Assembly: GCA_965197745.1 (NCBI GenBank)
Contig: CBDANS010000006.1
Location: forward strand, 1,216,001 to 1,280,000
Reading direction: 5' to 3'
Origin: Opitutales bacterium
Lineage (GTDB): Bacteria; Verrucomicrobiota; Verrucomicrobiia; Opitutales; PNEW01
Length of the DNA: 64,000 nt
A program made the position numbers and the translations under genes. Below the pieces are notes generated by a model that ran no database searches, was not told the origin of the DNA, and saw only the letters and a list, made by a program, of their open reading frames with translations. This document shows positions 49,804 to 57,871 of this stretch, piece after piece (within the stretch, counting starts at the first letter, position 1; every line of letters begins with the position of its first letter).

Positions 49804-51144
49804 TTAGCGTTTCCCAAAAACTTTTGGAGTCGGCATCTTACTGCGTATTTCAGTGAGCACTTCACCCGTCACTCTGTTTATATTATTTTTCAAGCAATAG
49901 CTTTCGACGGACTTTTTTACCATTCCGCGGACAAATGCGGGGATTTCTTTCATGCGTTCTTTTGCCTCGAATTCCCATTCAATTGATCCGGAATTATCCA
50001 GGTCGTGGGGGAGGCCATATTCCATTCCGGGACGGTTATTGATTGCCTCCTTTGAATACTTTCCCGGGGTGTAATCACAGAGCGGATCTTCGGCCATATA
50101 ATCTCCGGTGACCCCATAAGCGCGGGCGCGGCACCCGCCACAAACACCGTTAAATTCGCAGGTCCCACAACGGTCGCCAAGATTGTTTCTTTGACGGATT
50201 TTTAAAAATAAATCCGATTGGTTCCAGATCTCCTCCATCGTTTGATCCTCTAAATTGCCACCGAAATCGGGGAGATAAGGACAAGGGGTCATGTCTCCAT
50301 TGGGACGTATGCCCATGTACTGGGTTCCGGCCGGACAGCCACCCGCACCCCCGGTGAATGATTTTAAAAACCTGGAGTCAGGATCTTCCTCATAAAGGTG
50401 TTTTGCGTAATGAGGCGCGCACTTGGCATTGGTAATCATTTTCCCCTCATATTTTTTCTGGACTAGAGAAAGGGTCGTTAAGACCGCATTGTATTGATCG
50501 GGGCTGATATCAGAAACAAACTGTCCGCGCCCTGTAGGCACTAAAAAATAGAGGTTAAAAACTTTGGCCCCCATTTCTTCATAAGCGAAATCGGCTATAA
50601 CTTCAATCTTACCAAGATTATGTTTTCCCACCGTCGTTTGGACTATAAAAGAGAGACCTGTTTTATGTAATACCTTTGCCCCATTAACCGTGTTTTCCCA
50701 GGCGCCTTTTACCCCGCGAAACCGGTCGTGGAGTTCGGGGTCGAGAGCGTCAAGCGAGAGTGACAGTCCACGCAAACCGCTTTCTTTTAATATCCCGGCC
50801 AGGTTTTCTGTAATGAGAACACCATTGGTTCCACAAACTACCCAAAGTTCCTTTTCACTGCCATATTTAATGATTTCGAGGATATCTCTCCGCAGCAACG
50901 GCTCGCCTCCGGTGAGAATAGTTAATGCTTCAGGGGCAAAGTCAGCGATCTGATCAATGATCGTCTTACATTGTGCGGTGTTAAGTTCGCTGCGATCAGA
51001 AAATCCATCGGTGCTTAACCGGCGAACATCCTTTCCCCCCGCGTCGAGATAACAATGCTCACATTTTAAATTACACCGGTTTGTCAAATTCCACGATATA
51101 ACATATGGCCGCTGGAATTTATTGTTAGATGCTTCGTTTAACAT
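49804..51144 (-). CDS. Radical SAM/SPASM protein (AhbD/NirJ-like) with C-terminal PCP_red-like domain
   Basis: WNLTNRCNLKCEHC, TGGEPLLR, LVPTGRG, KCAPHY, CPAG...PCPY...CGTC...CGGCRARA...DPLC; WEFEAKERMKEIPAFVRGMV. Confidence 0.88.
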   Translation of the reverse strand: MLNEASNNKFQRPYVISWNLTNRCNLKCEHCYLDAGGKDVRRLSTDGFSDRSELNTAQCKTIIDQIADFAPEALTILTGGEPLLRRDILEIIKYGSEKELWVVCGTNGVLITENLAGILKESGLRGLSLSLDALDPELHDRFRGVKGAWENTVNGAKVLHKTGLSFIVQTTVGKHNLGKIEVIADFAYEEMGAKVFNLYFLVPTGRGQFVSDISPDQYNAVLTTLSLVQKKYEGKMITNAKCAPHYAKHLYEEDPDSRFLKSFTGGAGGCPAGTQYMGIRPNGDMTPCPYLPDFGGNLEDQTMEEIWNQSDLFLKIRQRNNLGDRCGTCEFNGVCGGCRARAYGVTGDYMAEDPLCDYTPGKYSKEAINNRPGMEYGLPHDLDNSGSIEWEFEAKERMKEIPAFVRGMVKKSVESYCLKNNINRVTGEVLTEIRSKMPTPKVFGKR

Positions 51145-51165
51145 TGTTTAACAATTAATCGATGT

Positions 51166-51193
51166 GATGCAGGATACTGGATACATGATGCAA
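51166..51193 (+). repeat. Heptamer tandem array GAT(G/A)C(A/T)N x4
   Basis: GATGCAG GATACTG GATACAT GATGCAA; inverted counterpart at 51617-51643. Confidence 0.75.
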
Positions 51194-51203
51194 GTATTAT
51201 GAA

Positions 51204-51590
51204 TCAGGTTTTATGCTTTTCTATAACAGATTCTCTAAACCTATATATCTTGGCTCCCAATACATCGTAATCACACTTTATAGCTTCAAAATTCTCAATC
51301 TTGAGTGAACCTGTTTCAAAAAGTAAGTCTAAATGCGTTCTTGTCTCGTCACATGATGCTATCGCATAAATTAAGAATTTTAGAAAATCATTTTTATACA
51401 ATCTTCTGCCATACCCTTCTACAATATTTGTAACTATGGATTTCGATGATCGCCGTATTTGACTTCCTTCTTCATACATTTCGAAATTAGGAAGTTCATT
51501 GATTGTAATCTTATGTATTTTAACTGCTAGTTGCTTTGACAAATTAAAAATCTCAAGATCCTTATAAGATTGTTTGTTCGTATTTATCAC
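51204..51590 (-). CDS. Four-helix bundle protein (23S rRNA IVP family)
   Basis: SYKDLEIF, SQIRRSSKSIVTNIVEGYGR, FLIYAIASCDET; AT-rich relative to neighbours. Confidence 0.9.
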   Translation of the reverse strand: MINTNKQSYKDLEIFNLSKQLAVKIHKITINELPNFEMYEEGSQIRRSSKSIVTNIVEGYGRRLYKNDFLKFLIYAIASCDETRTHLDLLFETGSLKIENFEAIKCDYDVLGAKIYRFRESVIEKHKT

Positions 51591-51616
51591 TGATTATTTT
51601 CATTCAATATTGAACA

Positions 51617-51643
51617 TGCATCCCGCATCCTGCATCCTGCATC
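51617..51643 (-). repeat. Heptamer tandem array (TGCATCC) x~4
   Basis: TGCATCC CGCATCC TGCATCC TGCATC, inverted relative to 51166-51193. Confidence 0.75.
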
Positions 51644-52142
51644 ACATTTCAAATTCTTCTTTCGCGCGATCGAGGCATTCTTCGTTGACTTGAGTGAAAC
51701 CATTTTCACGGGCGAATTTTTCTATGCCCTTTTTTGCCATGGGGCGGGCAAATTCAGGAATTTTCTGTAATCGGACCATCGCTTGTGCCGTCCAATTAAT
51801 TTCACTATTATCGTCATCATTACTTTCCACCGTGTCCATCATTGCGTCGCGTGCCATCTGGGAGAATGGACATTTAGAAGCGGGTTCAGATTTGACCTCG
51901 TTGATGTCGCCGCTTTCATCCAGCGTGATCCCCTGAGATTTGGACACCGTTTCTCCGCCGATTTCTACTCCCATCGAGGTGACCATCTGGGTTTCGAAAG
52001 CATTAGTGAGCATCGCGATTTCAATCAGGCACTCCGGACATTCGTAGCGAATAGAGAGGGAGCCATGATCATCCGGTTTTAAGGGTGCTTCGCTTTTTAC
52101 CAGTTTCATCTGGGTATTACAGGATGTGCATAAGAATTTCAT
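51642..52142 (-). CDS. Zn-ribbon-like (CxxC...CxxC) protein with C-terminal PCP_red-like domain
   Basis: MKFLCTSC...ECPEC, SKCPF, INWTAQAMVRLQKIPEFARPMAKKGIEKFARENG. Confidence 0.82.
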   Translation of the reverse strand: MKFLCTSCNTQMKLVKSEAPLKPDDHGSLSIRYECPECLIEIAMLTNAFETQMVTSMGVEIGGETVSKSQGITLDESGDINEVKSEPASKCPFSQMARDAMMDTVESNDDDNSEINWTAQAMVRLQKIPEFARPMAKKGIEKFARENGFTQVNEECLDRAKEEFEM

Positions 52143-52144
52143 GG

Positions 52145-53026
52145 TCAGGCCTCCAAGGTATTAATTATTTTTTTTGCGATATTTTGGAGAGAAATGTTAG
52201 TGGGGGAATCACCGGTGCATTCGGTAATCGTTCCACGATCACAATGTTCTGCCACCGCTGGATCAAAGGGGACAGTGCCCAGTAAGGGAACATCCCATTT
52301 CGGATTACCCGAGGGGAACAACGGTTTGATTTCATCAGAGTCCGCGCAGTAATAGCCACTCATGTTTTCTATATACCCGATTATGGGAGATGCCGTTTTA
52401 CTAATGGCCACGACTGAGCGAGTGACAACACCTTGAGAAACTTCAGAGGGAATGGTGATGATAATGAAGTTAGTTTTATCACCAAAGAATTCTGCAAACT
52501 GAAAGCATCTTTCAGCGCCGGGTGGAAGGTCAATAATAAGAAAATCCAATTTCCCCCAGTCAGTATCAGCGAGGAAATCGGAGAGGGTAGCAAATTCTTT
52601 TGTCGCCCGCCAGACATGGGAATCGCCGCTAGCCACACTTTTAAAGTCTACAGCTTCCGTTTCCGGCACGAGGGTTCCGAATGATATAACACCAATGCCT
52701 GACCTGGTTTTTGGAACAACGAGACCATTTTCTCCCGGGATGAGTGGAGCCTCGGTGAGGCCCGCGAGGCGAGCCAGGGCCGGACCGTTGATGTCGGCAT
52801 CAAGGAGGGAGACACTATTTCCTAATCCGTTCAGAGTGGACGCGAGATACATCGTAATTGTGCTTTTACCTACGCCACCCTTACCGGAACCGACGGCGAT
52901 GATGTGTTTAATGCCAGCGAGATTTTTTTCGATTTTGGCTTTGTGGGATACGACCTGACCCATAATGTCAGAACCCCCGTCTCCTCTGAGATCGGAGTAA
53001 GATTTTATATCACTCGAGTCACCCAT
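52145..53026 (-). CDS. Mrp/ApbC/NBP35-family P-loop ATPase
   Basis: GSGKGGVGKST, DADINGP, WGKLDFLIIDLPPG, IENMS; the usual CxxC after ENMS reads YCADSD (one Cys). Confidence 0.9.
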   Translation of the reverse strand: MGDSSDIKSYSDLRGDGGSDIMGQVVSHKAKIEKNLAGIKHIIAVGSGKGGVGKSTITMYLASTLNGLGNSVSLLDADINGPALARLAGLTEAPLIPGENGLVVPKTRSGIGVISFGTLVPETEAVDFKSVASGDSHVWRATKEFATLSDFLADTDWGKLDFLIIDLPPGAERCFQFAEFFGDKTNFIIITIPSEVSQGVVTRSVVAISKTASPIIGYIENMSGYYCADSDEIKPLFPSGNPKWDVPLLGTVPFDPAVAEHCDRGTITECTGDSPTNISLQNIAKKIINTLEA

Positions 53027-53189
53027 TTAATTAATCAGGTTGTGTGTTGATTCTATATAATTGTGTTTCTAATCGCAGATTTTACCGAAATAAACATTGG
53101 CATCGAATTCTATCGACACAACTTAAATATATTAATTGTTTTTTGATATGCGGTTACAACTTTATCTTAAGTAAATTTAAGTTAATAAC

Positions 53190-53531
53190 ATGCTTAGCTA
53201 TAGTCTGTTAAAAACATTTCATCTTACAGGAATCTTTCTTTTTTTGACGGCCCTATCGATACTGTTTTTCTCCGATAAATATAGCCGTCTTTTTAAAGTA
53301 ATTTCTCATGTGTCATTGCTCGTTATTTTGATTACCGGATTGGGATCGGTTGTCCATTTAAGTATTGGAGTACCGCCATGGGTGATAGGAAAATTTATAC
53401 TTTGGCTTGTATTATCCTTTGCCGGGATTTTTGCAGCCACGAAGTTGAGAAAGTATCGCTTAACGGCTTATATCATACTAATATTTCTCGCTTCCACTGC
53501 CGCCTTCCTCGCGGTCCATAAACCATTTTGA
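53190..53531 (+). CDS. Small 4-TM membrane protein
   Basis: YSLLKTFHL, PWVIGK, HKPF; four hydrophobic segments. Confidence 0.7.
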   Translation: MLSYSLLKTFHLTGIFLFLTALSILFFSDKYSRLFKVISHVSLLVILITGLGSVVHLSIGVPPWVIGKFILWLVLSFAGIFAATKLRKYRLTAYIILIFLASTAAFLAVHKPF

Positions 53532-53769
53532 ATTTGGAACTCAGGAACTGGGTGTTTGCATTTAAAATACAGGGTATAAAAAGAAGGTGCGCCTTTTTTA
53601 TAATAATCCAGGTGGACGCGACAACACGCGTCCCTCCGGAATAAAGTATAGTGGGAGGGCCACGCGTCGTCGTGGCCGTATAAAAATAATGGACTGTCTG
53701 TACACACCGTTTTTCCCGGTCATGCTGCATCCCCGACAACTCAACTTCAACTACCCTGAGTTCCAAATT
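53531..53769. repeat. MITE-like element: 15-bp perfect inverted ends enclosing a REP doublet
   Basis: AATTTGGAACTCAGG (53531-53545) / CCTGAGTTCCAAATT (53755-53769); inverted GGAG hairpins at 53611-53637 and 53654-53678. Confidence 0.7.
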
Positions 53770-53813
53770 TAAATTACGTCGTTAATCGTTAATTCTTAAA
53801 TACACTCAATAAA

Positions 53814-54689
53814 TCAATTTTGGTGTGATAAATGCGTAAGTTCCTGTAAGATGTCATCGGGTGTCCATTCATTTCCCTTGTAGATCTTAATCAGTATACC
53901 CGAGGCGTCGATAATAACGGTTCTCAAGTTGTGCGTAATGTCCACTGCCTCACCACCGTCCTGAATGATCGTGAATCCAAATTGTTCAGCGAAATTTATG
54001 ATACTTTCACGATCACCGGTAAGAAAATTCCAAAACGCATAGTCCGCCTGCAATGCGTCACCGTGTTTTTTCAGCACTTCAGGGGTATCGAAGACGGGAT
54101 CTAAACTGATCGATAATAATTTTGTTTTATGACTTAAGTCTCCAGCTTTCTTGAATTCTTCCTGCAATGTATTGAAGTGAAGATCCATGAGAGGACAAAA
54201 ATTGGGTAAGGGGCAACGGGTATAAGTAAAAGTTAGAATAAGATTATTACCTCGAAAGTCCCCTAATTTACGTGAGTGATTATCCTGGTCAATAAAGGTT
54301 GCGTTGGGAATGACATCGCCTTTCTTGAGTAGCGGGACGCCGCTTGTAGGATGCTTCAAGGGTTCAATGCTGATGGGCTCATCGAAACCGGTTTTTACGA
54401 GATCCGTGAGGTAGGCTTCTTTTTGTGTCACTACAAGTTTGGCCTCAATAATGTCCCCGGGCATTCTTCCCTCAAGTAAGGTGACATCTTTAACTTTAAA
54501 AGGCATGGTCATGGCGGGCATGAAGCCTGGTATTTCTTCATGTCTAATCGTGATTTCATTATTCAAAGAATAAATGGAAATTACCTGACCGCGCAGATCG
54601 TAGATGACTTCTCTAGGGGCGGGACGGCAGGATATACAGAGGGCGAAGAGGATAATTATCGAAATAAATAAGCGATGCGTAGATAGCAT
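53814..54689 (-). CDS. SCO1/SenC copper chaperone with N-terminal CusF-like domain (probable lipoprotein)
   Basis: CISC lipobox-like, HEEIPGFMPAMTMPF, YTRCPLPNFCP, SLDPVFDTPEVL, THNLRT. Confidence 0.88.
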   Translation of the reverse strand: MLSTHRLFISIIILFALCISCRPAPREVIYDLRGQVISIYSLNNEITIRHEEIPGFMPAMTMPFKVKDVTLLEGRMPGDIIEAKLVVTQKEAYLTDLVKTGFDEPISIEPLKHPTSGVPLLKKGDVIPNATFIDQDNHSRKLGDFRGNNLILTFTYTRCPLPNFCPLMDLHFNTLQEEFKKAGDLSHKTKLLSISLDPVFDTPEVLKKHGDALQADYAFWNFLTGDRESIINFAEQFGFTIIQDGGEAVDITHNLRTVIIDASGILIKIYKGNEWTPDDILQELTHLSHQN

Positions 54690-54794
54690 TATAATAAATC
54701 GACTAACCCGGGAGGAAGCGCTGTTCCCCGCGCGATTAGCAATAAAAATTCTATTCAGTGGGTGCTGAGGGACCAGCCGTTATTATGCAAATTA

Positions 54795-55661
54795 TCAAAT
54801 ATCACTGGACTCGCTTAACGGCGTAAATAACAGTTTTACATCGGGATCGGGGTGGGGGATTGCTGAAAGCAGCATGCGGGTGTAAGCGTGCTGCGGATTT
54901 TCAAAAATAGTTTCTGTATCTTCTATTTCTACAAGTTTTCCCCGATGCATAACGGCAACGCGGTTGCTTATATGTCGCACTACGCTGAGGTCGTGAGCGA
55001 CAAAAATATAGGTTAAATTTAATTCTTCCTGAAGGTCTTCAAGCAAATTAATTACCTGGGCTTGCACCGAAACATCTAGCGCTGATACTGCTTCATCGGC
55101 GACCACTAATGAAGGGCGCATGATGAGAGCGCGAGCAATGCCGATCCGTTGTCGTTGACCACCACTGAATGCATGGGGATAACGTTGCCGGTGTTCCGGT
55201 TTCATTCCCACTTTGACGAGCATATCATCAACGCGATCGATCAATTCCTTGCCCTTGGCCAATTTATGGATAAGCAATGGTTCACCCACTATATCTCCTA
55301 CTGTCATCCGTGGGTTGAGGGAGGAAAAAGGATCTTGAAAGATCATTTGCATTTGGGTGCGCAAAGGTTTGAGTTCACTTTCCGTTAATTTAACTAAATT
55401 GATCGTTTTTCCGTTGGTTCTGAAAAGAGCTTCCCCGCTTGTCGGTATGAGTGCGCGCAGAAGGGTTCGCGCACAGGTGGTTTTACCTGACCCACTCTCG
55501 CCAACCAACCCGAGTGTTTCCCCGGGATTGAGCTTGAAACTGACATCGTCGACAGCCTTAACAACATCTATCTGTTTTCTTCCAAAACCCTGGCTGTAAA
55601 CCGGAAAATGTTTACTGAAATGGGTTACTTCGAGTAAAGGTTCTATAGTCCTGTCATTCAT
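54795..55661 (-). CDS. Peptide/nickel-type ABC transporter ATPase (OppF-like)
   Basis: [36 protein letters not shown]. Confidence 0.93.
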   Translation of the reverse strand: MNDRTIEPLLEVTHFSKHFPVYSQGFGRKQIDVVKAVDDVSFKLNPGETLGLVGESGSGKTTCARTLLRALIPTSGEALFRTNGKTINLVKLTESELKPLRTQMQMIFQDPFSSLNPRMTVGDIVGEPLLIHKLAKGKELIDRVDDMLVKVGMKPEHRQRYPHAFSGGQRQRIGIARALIMRPSLVVADEAVSALDVSVQAQVINLLEDLQEELNLTYIFVAHDLSVVRHISNRVAVMHRGKLVEIEDTETIFENPQHAYTRMLLSAIPHPDPDVKLLFTPLSESSDI

Positions 55662-56689
55662 ACGCTGGTTGACTCCTTATAATTTCTCACACCGCAGCAG
55701 GCTACCTGACGACCATTGGGCAAGGTCTCCATGACCGGGTTATCTCCTACGTCACAGATGCCGGGAATCGAGTCCGGACAACGCGGGTGAAAGGGGCACC
55801 CCGTAGGTAGATGGGTCAGTGATGGCACGTTGCCCATAATCGAGGATAGCCGAGCCTGTTTCGTTTCATTTCTTGGCAACGACTTTAAAAGCCCAGCGGT
55901 ATAGGGGTGGAGGGGGTCTTTTAAGACTTCACGTACCGAAGCCTGTTCGACCAGTCTCCCCAAGTACATAACCGCGACGTCATCAGCAATCTGTGCTACA
56001 ACGCCCAGGTCGTGGGTGATAAATATTACGGAGGTCCCCCGGTCTCGCTGTAAATTTTTGATCAATTCAAGAATCTGAGCCTGGATCGTGACATCGAGTG
56101 CGGTTGTCGGCTCATCGGCGATAAGCACTTCAGGTTGGCAGACTAAAGCCATGGCGATGACTACGCGTTGGCGCATACCACCACTGAATTCGTGTGGATA
56201 TTGTCGAAATCGGCGTTCTGGTTCAGGGATGCCAACTTCACCAATCATATCGATGGCTCGTTTTTCGGCCTCCTTTACCGTGACATTCTGGTGGAGGAGA
56301 ATTGCCTCACATATCTGGTTGCCGATGGAGTGGACCGGACTGAGAGCCGTCATGGGCTCCTGGAATATCATACTGATGAGGCCACCTCGCACATCGTAGA
56401 GGGTGTCCGACTTTGTGTTTAATGCAGTTATCTCTATGGACTTACTGTTTTTCGGATAGAGAGTAATTTTACCGCCAGCAATCTGCCCCGGTTTCTGAAT
56501 CAAGCGGAGTATGGAAAAAGCAGTTACACTTTTTCCACACGCGCTCTCCCCTACGATGGCGAGAACTTTACCTCGCTCCAACGAAAAGGTCACGCCATCC
56601 ACTGCGGAGAGGACGCCCTCTTCTGTCGTGAATGTAACTTTGAGGTCTTCGACACTCAAAACAATTTCTTTTTCTTCGTTTTGTATCAT
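55658..56689 (-). CDS. Peptide/nickel-type ABC transporter ATPase (OppD-like)
   Basis: [41 protein letters not shown]; probable start ATG at 56689. Confidence 0.93.
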   Translation of the reverse strand: MIQNEEKEIVLSVEDLKVTFTTEEGVLSAVDGVTFSLERGKVLAIVGESACGKSVTAFSILRLIQKPGQIAGGKITLYPKNSKSIEITALNTKSDTLYDVRGGLISMIFQEPMTALSPVHSIGNQICEAILLHQNVTVKEAEKRAIDMIGEVGIPEPERRFRQYPHEFSGGMRQRVVIAMALVCQPEVLIADEPTTALDVTIQAQILELIKNLQRDRGTSVIFITHDLGVVAQIADDVAVMYLGRLVEQASVREVLKDPLHPYTAGLLKSLPRNETKQARLSSIMGNVPSLTHLPTGCPFHPRCPDSIPGICDVGDNPVMETLPNGRQVACCGVRNYKESTSV

Positions 56690-56693
56690 CTTA

Positions 56694-57869
56694 TCAGTTG
56701 GTATGAGAAGAGTAGGGATCGGCGGCGTCGCGGAGGCCGTCACCCATAAAGTTAAATGCGAGGACTGTTAGGATTATGGATATTACAGGCATAAGAAGCC
56801 ACGGGTAATTGGCTACAACTTGCAGATTCATGCACTCCTGGAGCATGACCCCCCAACTCACAATGGGCGGACGCAGCCCCAAACCTAAAAAACTCAAAGC
56901 CGTCTCCCCGAGGATCATGCCGGGGACACTCAAGGTCAGGGTCACAATTATATGGCTGGTAAACCCGGGCAGCAGATGACGGAATATTATACGCGCGTGG
57001 CTGGCCCCTAAGAGATAGGCTGCGACGGCATAATCTTCTTCACGCAGTGATAGGATTTTTCCGCGAACTACACGGGCGAGTCCTGTCCAGGACAGAAGGC
57101 TGAGGACAATAGTAATAGCAAAATAGACTCTTAATGCCGGCCAGTCGCTAGGCATAATGGCCGCGAGGGCGAGCCATAACGGTAATTGGGGAAAGGCGTT
57201 TACGATTTCAATGGTGCGCTGGATTAAGTTATCGACATGGCCGCTGATATATCCGGATATGCCACCGATTGTAACTCCCAGGATAAATGTGATGACAATG
57301 GCTACGATCCCGATGGAAAGACTGATGCGGGAGCCGTAGACAATACGGCTGAAGATATCGTGGCCAAATTTATCAGCGCCGAGAAAATAGAAAGTTGGCA
57401 GTGATGTTTCCTCTTCACTAACGGGAGCCTGGTAAGCTTCGTGATCTACCCCCAGGAATCGGCGTTCCATCGGGATCATGCCCCATAATTTGTAGGGTTC
57501 GCCTTTCACAAAAAATTTCAAGGGAATGAAATCATTTTTTTGTTCGATGTAATATTTTTTAAAAGTAATTGGATCGATATTGCGATGCATGGCCTTGACG
57601 TTGACGCCATGGGTAAAATTAAACTGGGGCAATTGTGGGGGACAATAAGCATGATCGAGATCGCGCCAATCCCTTCCATAGGGCGCGAAAAATTCCGCAA
57701 AGATAGCCATGAGGTAGAGCACAATTAAAACGTAGAGTGAAGCCACCGCCAATCGATGCTTGGAAAAACGCAAACGGATAAGTTGCCACTGGGAGAGAGT
57801 TGCGGTGCTCTGTTCTATCAGCTCATCATCACCGTTCAGAGGGAGGGGTGGTGTTTCAATATCTGCCAC
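56694..57869 (-). CDS. Peptide-type ABC transporter permease (OppC-like)
   Basis: LGADKFGHDIFSRIVYGSRISL, EEDYAVAA, ETALSFLGLG, GDGLRDAADP. Confidence 0.93.
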   Translation of the reverse strand: MADIETPPLPLNGDDELIEQSTATLSQWQLIRLRFSKHRLAVASLYVLIVLYLMAIFAEFFAPYGRDWRDLDHAYCPPQLPQFNFTHGVNVKAMHRNIDPITFKKYYIEQKNDFIPLKFFVKGEPYKLWGMIPMERRFLGVDHEAYQAPVSEEETSLPTFYFLGADKFGHDIFSRIVYGSRISLSIGIVAIVITFILGVTIGGISGYISGHVDNLIQRTIEIVNAFPQLPLWLALAAIMPSDWPALRVYFAITIVLSLLSWTGLARVVRGKILSLREEDYAVAAYLLGASHARIIFRHLLPGFTSHIIVTLTLSVPGMILGETALSFLGLGLRPPIVSWGVMLQECMNLQVVANYPWLLMPVISIILTVLAFNFMGDGLRDAADPYSSHTN

Positions 57870-57871
57870 AA

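Noticed and set aside
51204..51590. Diversity-generating retroelement (Avd-like four-helix protein) or rRNA intervening sequence
   Set aside because: No reverse transcriptase, no template/variable repeat pair and no rRNA sequence nearby.
47625..52142. Photosynthesis / protochlorophyllide reductase genes suggested by PCP_red-like domains
   Set aside because: Only the short C-terminal module is present; no nitrogenase-like BchN/BchB catalytic domains or other bch genes in the window.
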